This document shows, one piece after another, positions 25,847 through 39,176 of a DNA stretch of 64,000 nucleotides. The notes under the pieces were generated by a model, which saw nothing but the letters and a program-made list of their open reading frames with translations, had not been told where the DNA came from and ran no database searches. A program made the position numbers and the translations under genes. How positions within the stretch are numbered: the first letter of the stretch is position 1; each line of letters begins with the position of its first letter. The DNA comes from Botryllus schlosseri (taxonomy: Eukaryota), in contig CM119371.1 of NCBI GenBank assembly GCA_051294905.1, forward strand, positions 38,690,001 to 38,754,000, read 5' to 3'.

Positions 25847-28800
25847 CTGCATATCGGAAACAAATTTCGGATATAACTATATAAGGCATGTAGCTTACTG
25901 GTTTGTTCAGGCTTCGATCACAGCACTCGACTTACCATGCACATATCCTGAGTTGACCACGCATTTCCTACACACAATTCATTTACTCCATTCCCACATT
26001 GGTTTGATTTCATGAGTGGCACGGTCCCGTATCTCAGGGTACTTGCGTACCCTGACTGACTGCTCGTATATCCCCAACCAGCGATGGTGGAGATGCCTCC
26101 ATCGTATGTATGCTTATTCATCACGATGATCGCAGATTCAATAGGCACATGTGTGTGTTCTTTATATTGCTATAGAAGAGAGTTATGAAGGGATTAGTTG
26201 CTGATGAACGTGACATGAATAGGAATAATAAGTTTTTTATTAGGTAAGCATGAAAGATAAACCGAAATGTTATCAGTGGGCACTAGTGTTGTACGAAATT
26301 TGGAAAATCCCAAAATTGCTCCGTTGCAATGTCGTATTCTATACAATATAGATTAAAAAACGACAATGGGCAATAAAAAGCTCACAAGAAAGCCGTTCGT
26401 GCAAAGCGTTTGAAGGTAGCTGCCAAGGAATGGGCGTGCCACCGACCATAGACCAGCGAGAGTAATCACGAAACAACGGCTCTTGATTAGCTAATCGGAT
26501 ATGCTTCAATGATCACGACAACAGCAGCTTTCTGAATAGGTGAACAGGGAGTCTGCTACCGGCGGCGATTCTGAAAGCGCATTGTAGGTTGGTTGGTGAA
26601 TAATGACTTAGGACTAATTCAGAGCATGGTGAGGTACGAAATACATGATGAACAAACAACAGCTGATTCACTGAAATATCTAGCGCAGTGCTCCTTTTCA
26701 ACCTGTTTTCACTTGTGCGTATGAAAAATGCAGTGCGAACGACGAAGGCGGTGCGAAAGGTGCGAATGAAAAATCCGGATGAGTGCGAATGAAAATCGTG
26801 AATAATTGTTAATTTTTCTGACGTGGAATAATTCAAATAAACGTAATAGGAAATTCAAGGGCAGTGTAACTGCTGCAGTTGAGATGCGATTGTAAAAAAA
26901 CATGTTTGACTTACGACGCACCACCAATCGTAGCTAAAGACCTAAAGACAATGGCATCTTCCGGTTCAGGGGCTCATACCCCCTATATTCAAATTGCTCA
27001 AATTTAAGTTACTGTCGCGCCGTGACCAATATCACTCGCGAGTTCTATGTAACCGTCTTGAAATCTTGGATTCTGCGATACGTTGATTAACCAAAGAGCT
27101 TAGCATACATGGCGACGCCCATGTCACGAGGTAGTTTTCAAATACAAAATGACTTATTGATCTACGGCGCGAAATGAACAGGTCTGGATGTGACATTCAC
27201 AATTACTAACTCGAATAACAAACAGCGACATAACTGTCCACGTTCATGATTGGTCAGTAGCTTTGTAGTTCTGGCTATAAAATGTATGCTTGCAGCGCAA
27301 CGTTATGTTACGTTACGTATACTTTGAGAATTGAGAAGTCTATCAGTATGTTGACTTTCGGAATCAGTGTGAGAGTAAAACTCCATTAATATCGGTTATA
27401 ATGAATTTTAAGCTTTTTACGATGAATTGCGTTATCAATGGTGAGGACTGGCCAGTCTGTGCCTTACCCATCGTTTCGAGCTTTATTGCGATCAATCTAG
27501 GGATGGTGTGAACCTCTAAAAGGTTCTGGTTCGTGTGAACGCGATCCTTTTTGAAAGGTTCTGTGTGAACACGAACGTGAACCTCATGACGTCATGGGAC
27601 GTCAAATTGCTAATTCCAACCTATCCTTCAATGATATGAAAGCCTATATCAGTGTTTCCAGACCTTTTTCGACTCATCGCCCCCCAAATATTGGGAACGA
27701 AAAATGGGCATACAGACTGAAATCACCGGCGAGTTTACTAAGAAAAAAGGTCAACTTTTCAGCTCGCCTTCGAAAATAAACCTTGCCAGCTAAATTTGGT
27801 TGAGTTGACTAACAAAAAATTGATTAGTACGACTTGATTCCCAAAATACCGTAACAGCACTTCGTCAGCCCCCCTATACGCTGGCTTACCGGTACCGAGT
27901 GAGGTGTCTTGGAAAATGTAGGGCCCATAGATAATAATTGAACATGTTCGGGCGGACCCGTGGGCAATGTTTCCTCGAAGCCGCGCAGTGCTGACACGGT
28001 CTCTGCGCACAGATAATCTAAGTTGCGCACAAAAAATTCGAAGTGATGATTTTTTTTAGTCGGTACGCACTGCTGTACAAGGGTCTGCGCAGTGAGTTGG
28101 TGAGTGTGCGCAGACTCGTCAAAAATTAGACGTAACATTGCCCGTGGGTATAATGACTTTGTTACGTAATGACATTTCGTGGCCTGTCTACTATGTCAAA
28201 AGATATTCAAATCGCCCATACGTACGTAAACACCCGATTTCAAATTGGTATTTCTGAACTGGCTGAATTGGTATTTCTGAACTGTCTCTGTGAGATGGCA
28301 TTTTTATGGGTTCTGATTGCCAGGACAGGAACATTTGGAGCCAGCCATTTAGGCGCCTATGAACAATTAAATATATATGTATGTCGTATATATATCGTAG
28401 TCGGTAAGCATAAATGCAGTCCTTTTCCGCCAAAGTTTTCTCGTTCTAGCACACTTTTCGGAGTGGCATGTTACATGGCCTGAAACTTCATATGTCTTGG
28501 TGCGTCATGGTGTGATACTGGCTGACGCCGAGATGACCATTTTTATAACTCATGCGCATTATTTCTTGGAGGATGGGTATCCAATAAGCTAGAAACACGT
28601 GACCACGAAATGGCGCGCAGCGGGAAATTTTTTTGAAAAGTTGCTTAAATTTCCAAAATAATACTCTAAATTAATGTTAATTCACGAAGAAATTGTGGGC
28701 CCCTTCGAGCTCGGACCCCCATCCCAATTGGGGTTTTGGGTGTGGCAGCTACGGTCATGGACGCCAACACAGCCATTTCAACGCGCCATCGCCCCCCTAT

Positions 28801-31800
28801 CGCCCCCTTCTTCCGCTTTCGCCCCCCTATCGCCCCCTTGGCTATTTTCGCCCCCCTGGACCGAAAAATCGCCCCCTGGGGGCCGATATCGCCCACGTTG
28901 GGAACCACTGGCCTATATTAATGTACACGATACCTAGCGACGATTCGGGCAGCATTACGTCACAATGCGGAAATACATATTGACGTTTTAAACGTCGCCA
29001 AATGCATCAACTGAGGCAATCAAATGATATAATAATATCATAAAATCCATATCTTCCGTTGCTTTGCCAACAATTTTGACGAGGACTTACCAGGGAATAT
29101 AAGGAAAGGGAGGGACGTAGTTAATTTTTGTCTTTGATTTTCTCGCGGCATATACAGCGACTCATGATATACATGCACACGATCTGCGTATATGCATACC
29201 ATGAGTAGGCTACATGATGTGCATATGCCGTCAGCCAAGGAAGATGCAGATTATAGCCTTGTAGCAGTGTTGGGATGACTCGAGTCATGACTTGACTCAA
29301 GTCAGACTCCAGTCACCTTTCTCGAATGACAGATCGGAAAATGTATTCGGCGTCTAAGTATTGCTATATTGATATTGAGCAGACTTTGAAACGGGTTTCT
29401 ATACTTGCTCTCGATATTACCCCGTTAACAAGTCAGCAGTAGCCAACGCCTCAATCGCACCGATTTGGTTTTAATGATCCAGTAAACATATGAAGTAAAG
29501 ATTGACCCCATACGCCTGCTAGATTGATTAGTGGAATAAGCATCATTCGCTGACTAGGCCTACGTAGCTTATTTCGATCGTGATGTTTTGTGATTGTTGG
29601 TCAAGATCGCAGCAGAGATTCAATTAATATTTACAAACGGAAAGTTGGATATTTCGAGCAAACTTTTGCAACAAAGCTAGTAAAACTTTTAAGATTGCCA
29701 AGGTATATGATCGTTTAGTGTTGATTTTTTATGCATATAGCGCCATGCATATAGAGTGGCCTGCAGTTGAAATGCAATAAATTTGAATCAACGATGTTGT
29801 AATGAAGTGAAATTGTAGTATATGAAAAAGGTGCACAGTGCAGAACCTACCAAGGTTCTGTTGTGAACGCGAACGTCTAAATTTCCGAGGTTCAAACACA
29901 GAACGCGAACGTGAACCTCACGTTCACACCATCCCTAATAAATACCAGTTTTCACAGAGAAAATGTGTCGCATACGACAAATATCATGAAGTGAGTTTGA
30001 ATTAGTGCGACCATGACGTCACGAAATTTTCGTTGTGACGTAACAGTTGATTGACCAGTATGGCTCTTTGAGAGTTATAATGGAAAAATAGGGCCAATAT
30101 GGCCCTTCCGACTAAAAAAGTTCCCGACCCCTGCTATGCACTATGCAGCATAGTCTGTGCTTACCTGTGTACACCGCTTTTCTGCACGAGCATTGAGGAA
30201 TTTGACTTATCACATCCAACATAGTATGCGCTTAATTTTGCACCTCTTTTCTGCGTCATCATTAAGGACTTCGACAACACTAAGTGCATCTGATAAGTGC
30301 CAGGCACGATCCGCTAATTCAGCCGCTCTTCATAACTTTCAAAAATTTAACTATGTACTACAACCCGAGCCCCATAAGATCGAACAGATTATAATGTCAT
30401 TGTTATGCTTTATATTTGTAATCAATAATATATATATATGATATGTGTGGACTCGTATGGACACTAGCTATTGACATAATGAAACAACTATGCCGGAAGA
30501 CGGCTAGAACGAAACATACAGAACGCTATCTGAGAGTGGTCAATGACGCGCGAATTCCCGACACAGTGCATTTTGCAACATATTTATATACCACGGTGTT
30601 TAATATACGATTTTGACGTCTTCGATATAATAAATATCAGATAACAAGGTATCAATGAACTTGTACTCGTACCGGCATGCCGAAAAATAGACACGCCGGT
30701 GCGAAACGATTATCGTTGATTTCATATATCACGAATGCAATCAATAGAACTGGGTTCAATTGTGCCGAGATAGCGCAGTGGTATGATCCGCGGCTGCAAT
30801 GGGCGAGGGTTCGAATCCGACCGAGGTCGACCTCAGAATACCTCAGTGTTGGCGGTTAATCCAGGCTCATCCTCGCCACCTCATCCGCGGAAACGGTGTT
30901 TTACAAAAAGCCTAGAAGTGAGCCTAGCGGTCGGCAGTTACGAAAAAAAATGAAAAATATGCCCACTTCTTCGATTAGGCTACTCGTCCTACTCGTACTT
31001 TCAAACCATCAGCACAAACGATTACCGAATTTTCTGTAAGCTCATCAATCAATTGTTCAGGACGCTAATTCGTCTTGGAGTGGCGTCATGAGACAACTTG
31101 TCGAAATGATGATAATCCGATTAAGTTTGGCCATATATGTTTCTCGCTGCTGCTCATGTTAAACAGCAGTTTGAGATTAAGCTCGTGGAGTAGGCCTATG
31201 CTACGCCAGATGTAAGAACTAGAAATACTTTTACACATTGCAGATTTTTCCTGATACCGAGTTATGCAACATATTGCTTGCTATACTCGCTTCATCTAGG
31301 CTCCTCCTCGCCATCTCATCCAAGTAAGCGGTGTCTTACAAAGAGCCTGAAGTGGGCCGTGCTACAGGTCAACAGTTACGGGATCAATATAAATAATATA
31401 CGCATGGTTTAAATGACCATAGTAGTCGACAAAACTCATGAATACCACAAACAAACAAACTAGCTTCACAATTCGTGACGCTTAACAATTAAAATTGTTA
31501 GTATTGCGGGTGTCCAAAAATGGCTTTTTAAATTGCACTGGTTTCTTGATAAAATTGTTAGGTTCGCTAAACATAGGAAGCACACTAATTTCGGTGCATC
31601 TAACCTACACATGCATTGCTACAAGAGAAAAAGTTTCAGATGCATTTGATGCAATTAATGATATATTTTTCTAAATTTTACTAGCCATCCTATGAAATTG
31701 GTTAAAAACGATGAACGTGAAGTATGTCCTAATTCAAATCAGTACGTTATTAGAGTACAAAGTTTAACATCAATAAAAAAAAATATTTACGGTGGATTTG

Positions 31801-34800
31801 TAATGATAAAGGTCGACTACTGTGTCACGTGGAGCCAACATTCATCAAAACACACCAATCCCAGCTTTGTCTACAAATGGAGTTCGTGTACTATCATAAA
31901 ATTATACCATGAGCGCTCTTTTATCTGAGATCTCATTTTGTGCTGGTGACGCCATAGTTTTTGATACGATTGATGCTATACAATGTTATTTCCAATTCTC
32001 TTTTACTAGCTGACGATTACCCCTGACGAGTGTCAGCTGAAAATATTCAAGTTTATTCCAATATGTGAGATGTAGTAACGATGAGACACTGGGAACGAAA
32101 ATACTTGTAAAATTCTCAATGATAATTCCATGAATACAGTGCACGAGTTTTCCTTTGCTGGCAGAATCTCTCCTCACATGCAAAAATTTTCGACCTGCGT
32201 GAGTTATGGGATCTGTGACCAATGATTTAGATTTCAGGGGGTGTAAAATAAAATTGAATCGACATATATATCTTCTATATCACCTTCTACAGCAACAAAC
32301 CAGCTGTAATATTTGAGGTGAGATATGAAGCATGCATCAGGGCATATAACGACAAATAGTTTTTAATTCAATACCATCCTCGATTGAATGGTACTTTAGA
32401 CAAATCCAGCAAAATAGTTACACAATCAAACACTTTTAACAACAGGAACACGACTACATATATAGAGGCTGTAAATAATAGTTTTTTGTGATGTTATATC
32501 GTTATGAGGTATTTAAGAGTCAAAATGTCAAGTTGTGGGCAATATGTATGTGGCAATAGCTCTGTAAGTTTGGGCGTAAATCGAAACGTGATTTTATGCC
32601 AACATTTGATTTGAAATAACCAATTTCATTCTTGAAGGTGGCGACGGAACATTCTTCATTGGTTTGCTGCAGCTCATATTATAGTACACAACAGAACAAG
32701 TTAGAAATATTTGAATTTTCGAGCATATGTCTCATAGGTCCCATGTTCGTGTGCCTTTGGATCCACCAGGTGGGGACCGATGATACGTCCGAACAGCAAA
32801 TTCTAAACGTTTAATAATATTTCTAGAAAAGGCGGATATTCATATGAATGCCCGCGATAGCTTAAGATTGGATCAAAGTTTTGAGCACGCAAAAGATCTG
32901 CTATTCTCGGCTGAAGATTTGATGGCCATAGATCATTTTGCAATAGCTGCTCCATCGTTACCACATCCCCCCTACTATTCAATTGCATAAATGTTTGAAT
33001 GTATACAATTTATTTACCGTAAAATTATGAATTTTAGAATTCTGTGTGATTATTGTCAATTTAAATTAGATGATTTAAATGCCATATATCTGAATGAATT
33101 ATAGACGCGTTATTTTAGCATTATAAATATGATCGGGCTGTTGTACATGATGAGCGTGACAGTTTCAACTAAATTCAATCTTTTACCTCAAAACTTTAAT
33201 GATGTTGTTGCTGTATTATGATTTAAAGCGAACTTCAGCGGTTACAAATAACACTTATGTTGAATTTCCGATTGATAATTGGACTCGGTTTTTAATTTCA
33301 AGCTCATACATGAAGAATGAGAGATTTTAGTAGAAATAACCCCACAGGTATATCCGGAGTCAGGGCCAATTATTTGAAAACGAACAAATTAGTGCCTTTC
33401 ACAACTCCCACGACCAATTTTACTTTGTCTGCCTAAAACATGTGTTGACAGGTGTGATAATATTCATACTAGAATGAGCACTTCCTATAAATATCCGTGG
33501 TTGAAATCATTCACCAAGCTACATTGGATGAAGTGACTCACGTTTAGCGTCATTATCGCCAGATCTCCGTGGGGGTCAGGTTTCACTTCCAGCCGATATT
33601 CCATTCCGCTTTTTCCGTCTTTTTCTATGGATCCCGCAAAAACCTTCCACTGTGATTTTTCTTCATCGATACTGATAATTTGAGAGACACAGTTGGATTA
33701 GACACATTTCAATATGTTTATGATATCATGCCTCTATCGTGAATACAGGCGAGCTAGTAAAATGTCAGAATAATGTCACTGTCAACGTTTCGCACCTGTC
33801 GGTTGAATCTAATCACTAACATGCTGCCCGCTCCAAAACATATATATCGGACTTTAATTTCAGAATCTTTAAGTCAGTGGTTCTCAACTGGGATCCGCAA
33901 AGCATTTTTAAGGAGACCGTGAAACCTCTATATTTACAAAATGATTGATAACCGTATTTTAATTCTGTTTCCGAAATGGAGAAATTGCGAGGCAGTTTCG
34001 CTTCACTACTGCTACAATTTTATGACTCGGATCAACTGAATGACCGTCTGAGATGAAATATCCCACTGTGCAAACTTATTTTAATTGCCAAATTTCCAAT
34101 AGCCTACTGATACAAACATGTTGCGGCTTAGAGTTGTTTTGTTGGGAACAAATAAAAAAGTAGCAATAGTAAGGTCATTCAGCGTGATTCATATGTTTGC
34201 AAAAATCCATTTTCCTGTGATATACATGACCACTATTCCAGAACAACTTCGAGGTGAGCTGCTGGATAGAAATAACTCGGGTGGACGATATATGTTCAAT
34301 AAAAGTCTGTGTCTCAATTTTGTCGGCATATATAGGCCTATGTTTCGAATTGCGATCATAGCCAAAAGGATTGTCAGAAGCGTTGCCCAATACAATTGGC
34401 CAACATCCATTTTTGTGGAAATGAATTTTCCGCACTCATTCATATAAAATAGAAGGCGCGGATTTCCAAGTCACGTCCACATATTTCAAGAAATGCATCT
34501 GCAAAATTCGCTACCTTTTGTCAAATCTCCACATAAATAGCGTGGTTCTATTTTCAAAAATAGTCATTTTGTTGCTGTATGTCACTTGCCTACAGTTAAT
34601 ATTTGCAGAAAATAGATCACGGTTGCACGATAATTGAGGTAACTTTAAACTAAAGCTTGGGGTCCGCGGAATCCTTGACGGTCGAAAACGGTTCCGCGAA
34701 GACAAAAGGTTAAGAACAGCTGTTTTAGGGACACCCAGACCAAATCTCAATAGATTTTTCACGGAACTCTGACTAAGTTATTTTTATATTCACAGTTATT

Positions 34801-36105
34801 ATCACTACAAATTAGATTGACCTAATCTTTTCATCCAAAATAAATTGTAGTGAACGACAGAATTAAGTACATGGAAAACGTGGTAACCTTTGTATCTGCA
34901 ACGGTATTTTTTGTATCTATTGCGAACATTTCTTTCGACTTCAACGTGGTTGAAGGCGGTGGCCTATTCATAACATTTGAACAAACTACGACTCCGGCTT
35001 CTGCAAGTATGTCATTCCCTAAATCCTATACTCATTAGGGCGGTCCCATATCTCGGTGACTCCAGCTCAACTGCCCTAATTTTACATTACCCAGTCCGAG
35101 CGCCGTCTCTTTCTCCAAGTATAACCACTAGACTATTTTCAGCGTTTTCAACTTGAATTCGATTTAGAGTTAAATAATTATTAAATAATATTCCAAAGTA
35201 TAATGTAATACAACAACAATCAGATTCATTGTCATGAGCACACGAATGACAAATAAATGTCTGTACAGCAAAGTTGACTCCTTTTGCAATATACAGCATT
35301 TTGAGAAATACCATAAATCAGATCTAATCAGTCTGATTACGAAACTGGAATCATCTACACTCACGGCGAAAAAAGTTTTGCCGAAAAGGTTGGTACACGA
35401 AAACAGAACCTTACTCAGTTATATTGCGGTCATAAATTCTACCTGCATACGACATATCTCCATACGTGCTTGCGTACATACAGAATTTGGAACAAATGCT
35501 GTACTCGATTTATACCGCGGTATAAGTCTGAGGTAAGTTCTGGTTTCGTGAACCATGGGTGTATATTCACACCTGTACATCAGGGATGGTACACGGGTGT
35601 GAATACACACTTCGCACTAAGATTGTAGTTGTCTATCTCTATTATGACTGCACCTGTTATCACGATTATGCATAATATAACATATTTTAACCGGGTTACA
35701 ACGTAATTTTTGCTTCCCCACTGTCGTCAACTCTGAAAATTGAGTAGTAGGAGCAGTAGAAAACCGTTCCGCTGCAGCTAAGACGGGAGCTCAATTTCCA
35801 AGAATAGGAAGAAAAAGTGCAATTACTAAGAATCGATGCAGGATTTGGACGTGATCGCTTTTGCGTAATCGTATTTGTCGGATGGTGTTCGAATTATGAC
35901 GCATCCGCATTTAAAGGTATTTCTGTAAGTCAGGTAAGCCATCGATTGGAATTCCCCCAGGTTTGCGTAAGCTCCGCTATAGATTCTGGTGCTTGCACCC
36001 TCAGCAGCTGTAATGAAACACAGAGGTGATACAATATATAGTTACCAATCTCGCTGTATTCTTACCTGATAGGATTGCTAAGATTATTACGATTACCTCA
36101 AACAT
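25664..36105 (-). CDS. Gene A: secreted trypsin-like serine protease homolog (S1A pseudoprotease), 5 exons, 255 aa
   Basis: Exons (minus): 36105-36066, 36007-35827, 33671-33542, 26169-25936, 25846-25664. All introns are GT..AG with phases 1,2,0,0, and the 768 nt join in frame. Protein: signal-like MFEVIVIILAILSAAEG, STR|IYSG, FKCGCVII, AITSKSC (His57 position = Ser), WKVFAG, GDLAIMTL (Asp102 kept), TIAGWG, QDMCMGDQGGPL (Ser195 position = Gln). Confidence 0.9.
25936..26169 (-). CDS. Gene A exon 4 (GWG region)
   Basis: QYKEHTHVPIESAII...TIAGWGYT...QCGNGVNELCVGNAWSTQDMCM; acceptor CTTCTATAG, donor GTAAGT. Confidence 0.9.
27498..29937. mobile_element. MITE with TAGGGATGGTGTGAAC TIRs (GTGAAC repeats), hosting other inserts
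   Basis: 16-bp TIR TAGGGATGGTGTGAAC / GTTCACACCATCCCTA; TSD not clear. Confidence 0.7.
27650..28910. mobile_element. hAT non-autonomous element with (TCGCCCCC)n subterminal array
   Basis: CAGTGTTTCC / GGAACCACTG termini; perfect 8-bp TSD GCCTATAT. Confidence 0.82.
30764..30960 (+). mobile_element. tRNA-derived SINE, copy with an intact Pol III head
   Basis: A box TAGCGCAGTGG (30771-30781), B box GGTTCGAATCC (30808-30818); body shared with the copies below. Confidence 0.75.
31296..31460 (+). mobile_element. SINE body/3' end with (AAAC)n tail
   Basis: CTAGGCTCCTCCTCGCCATCTCATCC..GCGGTGTCTTACAAA..ACCATAGTAGTCGAC..(AAAC)n. Confidence 0.7.
31830..32063 (+). mobile_element. Diverged Penelope-like family 2 3' fragment; hammerhead remnant at 32009-32052
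   Basis: GCTGACGATTACCCCTGACGAGTGTCAGCTGAAAATATTC is retained but the stem I partner is mutated (AAGT). Upstream GAGTTCGTGTAC matches the EN tail. Confidence 0.7.
32064..32972. mobile_element. Second copy of the TA-TSD element
   Basis: Colinear similarity to 43380-44340; ends in GTTACCACATCCCCCC-TA. Confidence 0.68.
33542..33671 (-). CDS. Gene A exon 3 (Asp102 region)
   Basis: IDEEKSQWKVFAGSIEKDGKSGMEYRLEVKPDPHGDLAIMTLN; acceptor TTATCAG, donor GTGAGT. Confidence 0.85.
33874..34721. mobile_element. Copy of the 15045-16429 family in opposite orientation, in intron 2 of gene A
   Basis: CAGTGGTTCTCAAC / GTTAAGAACAGCTG termini; the internal sequence is the reverse complement of parts of 15045-16429. 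Confidence 0.7.
35827..36007 (-). CDS. Gene A exon 2 (activation site R|IYSG to TSKSC)
   Basis: AAEGASTRIYSGAYANLGEFQSMAYLTYRNTFKCGCVIIRTPSDKYDYAKAITSKSCIDS; donor TA|GTAATT. Confidence 0.85.
36066..36105 (-). CDS. Gene A exon 1 (signal peptide MFEVIVIILAILS)
   Basis: ATG at 36105, hydrophobic stretch, donor G|GTAAGA, then a 58-bp intron ending TTTCATTACAG. Confidence 0.85.
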
Positions 36106-36165
36106 ATTGTCGAAGGTTTCGGATACGGTTACTAGAATGGTACGATGAGCGCTTCGGGAATGCTC

Positions 36166-36172
36166 TTTTATA
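36166..36172 (-). promoter_or_regulatory. Probable TATA box of gene A
   Basis: TATAAAA on the minus strand about 60 nt upstream of the ATG, with a CATT initiator-like sequence about 27-30 nt downstream of it. Confidence 0.5.
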
Positions 36173-37261
36173 AGATGTTTTTATCATGCACTAGATAAGC
36201 TATCTTCAAATTATATTTTACCAGAATTTCTTATCGTCCAATAAATACGTTATCATCAACCACAAAAACCGCATATCCAGACACGACCAGACGCGTGTGC
36301 TATCGCAGTCATCGAATTGATACATTTTGTATTGCGCAAAGTAGGTCATATGTCATGCGTCGTCAACCGACACATGTCACTTCGTTTTTATGGCTTGTGG
36401 CATGTTTCATATCAGCATGTTTTAGTCAAGGTCCGATTTATCGACAACTTTAGTTCAATCATATTAAATTATAATGATATTCTTGAAACACCCGCGAATT
36501 AAAACTGTTCAAATTGTCAAGAAGAGACACTAACTGACTCGAAAAAATAAAGTTATCTTTGGGTCCATTTATCGTCCATAATGTAATTTTATTTATTCTG
36601 AAGCTCAAATGAGGGTATTTAGTCAGCATACGCGGGCTATTAGGCAGAATAGCATCAAATTAAAAACATTCACAGTAAAACCAACTTTTGCCTTATCACA
36701 GAAATAAAACGCTTATGTTAACGCTGGATTGCATGTGATATAAACCAGTGCTTCTCAATCTGTGGGTTGGCACGCACCTATACGATGATAAAATGCAGTG
36801 CGAATGACAAACGTGGCGCGAATGTGTACGAGTGCAAATCGTGCATATTTATCACTTTTTCCAACCCGTAAAATTTCAAACAATCTTAATGGGGAATTTA
36901 TATGGATCCCTAATTTTTGTCGATGCGACGCATTTGCGACAACTTGTCCGACTTGCGTCACACCACTAATCGTAAGTTTGTCTAGTATCGTCCGAAATTT
37001 ATTAATATTTGCGCACCATATCATTGCGTAATTAAAAGTTTGGTGGGAAAGCAGATTCAGTGGCAGACATACACTAAATCAGCATGTTTGAGTCTGAGAC
37101 ACGCGGATAATTGAATTTCTGCTCTCTTTCGCTCAACAGTCCTCAAAATTCCGTAATTACAGGTTGAATGTCATTTGGAATGACGATCTTGGTAAAGACA
37201 TTCAATTACGACTCACATTTTCAATGAGTAAGTGCAGGGTGGCCATCATTTTGCTATTTTT

Positions 37262-37470
37262 TTTGAGGCATTCGTTGTGATTGTCGACTACTATGGTCAT
37301 TGGTCATTTACACCGGACCCATTTACTTCCTTTTTATCCCGCAGTGGCCGACATGTAGCACGGCCAACTTCTAGGCTTTTATAAGACACCGCTTTTATGG
37401 ATGAGATGGCGAGGAGGAACCTGCTTAAAGATCCAGCACCTGGGTAGGAATTCTGGAGTCGACCTCGGTT
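37262..37470 (-). mobile_element. SINE copy (reverse)
   Basis: Reverse complement of the same body, from CCGAGGTCGAC to the 3' end. Confidence 0.65.
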
Positions 37471-39176
37471 TTCAATTGCCAATGACACTACACTATAACG
37501 TCACAATTTCATTTTCGTGACGCCATTGCTTGAAAAAAACATGTTTGTTTCAAATTGACTTTTGTTTTAAATGCAACTATACGTATGTAGCCACATTCCA
37601 GTGCCGAGTCGTTCTTCGTCATCAATTTTAGGATTGACACATGTTGCTTTCGAATAATTTTTATACGTATAATGTAATCGTATTGAATTGTGCTCAGTGC
37701 GAAGAAAATTTTGAAATTGAATAAAATCTCAAAATAATATGGGAGCCAATTTTTTGATGCAATTTGCATAGTGACGGCCGCCAACACTAACTCTTTCAAT
37801 TACGTGTCCACGGCTGCTAATTCGCGTTCTACTGCCGTCAGTTGGTCAGTTGGTCACCTTCTGGGTTCGTGTAATGAAAATTTTCTCCCGTCAAGGTGGA
37901 GGTACTTGAAGTATTGGCCGTGAACCAAAATCATGGGTCGCGAGCGGAATAATATCTGGACACGGCACGAATGGATATGTCATGATCGTGAAAATGTGTT
38001 GAGCTTTTTATTGCACAAATCGGTTTGAATTGATGATGAACATTTGGAACAGTCTATGGGGTGTGCAACGACTGAGTGCGGGCAGTATGAGACAAGTCTG
38101 GTATTAAAGACCAACCCCTTCCTCGCCGGGACATATGAATATGAGAAGTTTTGGCAAACATTCGCTGGCGATACAACCGTGGCCAATAAATAACAGTCGC
38201 TGCTGGGCCAAAGCCTTCGATAGTGGCATGTCCGGTCGTTGAAATGGTAGGCACGCAATAATCCCGTCCTTGTAATTAAAGTAGTTACTCACTAGCATAC
38301 GTTACAACTTAGTGTCAGTAGGTAGGATGACGCAATATCTCTGCAAGAATAATGGCATTTTCCGACTCATCGTCGTCTCTGATATACTGCTGGTAGATAG
38401 ACCTAACATATCATGCATTTCTTTTTATTGGTCTTTGTTTTCATTGAAATTAATTTGAAACTGAACTGAGGAACGAACGCTATGAGCTGTTTCGAAACTG
38501 CCCATCATCTCGTTCATCGCAGTCTTGTGTTTAATGTTAGGCACAACAATTCGAGTAATCAGATCTGAGTTGACTATCGATTGCAGTGAGTCGAGTCACT
38601 GACGCGAAAGTCAATTGTCCGGATTCAGAAATGATAACCCTTGTACGATTGGCATTATTCTATCTATTAGAGCGGGGTGGGAATTGTCCATGTACTGTAT
38701 TTTATTAAACTCTTGCCGGTGCCAGGTTTATACTGTTGCTGATAGTGCGGGATCGATATTCGTTCTTTTTCAGATACGGTTGATGTATTAAGAAATTATG
38801 TGCATGATATACATCTGGGGTGGCAATTGCCAGGATTTCATTTTTTATTCTAGGCAGGAGCCGGATTGGCGTCGGATTCTATATTTTTCTGATAAGACTG
38901 TGTTCGGATCAGTGGCGGATTCTCTTTAGAACGAAACGGAAGGGGGTTGGACTACAGCGAAGTTGTTGTTGATCTGGCCAGCACTACGGTACCGTCTACA
39001 AGAATCGTCGTTTCCTTACTTTCTATAATGGGGGATTTGATGCGTCGATGAGTTATATCACAGCAGATTAAAGATGCAACACGAGGCTACGAATGATATT
39101 GCATGATAATTCATGAACGATCTGGAGGAAATGTCCAAAACTTTTTAGGTAAAAGTAACAAATGAAAGGTCCGACC

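Noticed and set aside
28666..28983. Overlapping Pro/Gly-rich ORFs
   Set aside because: Produced by the GC-rich TCGCCCCC subterminal array of a MITE.
30764..30830. tRNA gene
   Set aside because: A and B boxes are present but there is no complete cloverleaf, and it runs directly into a repeated SINE body.
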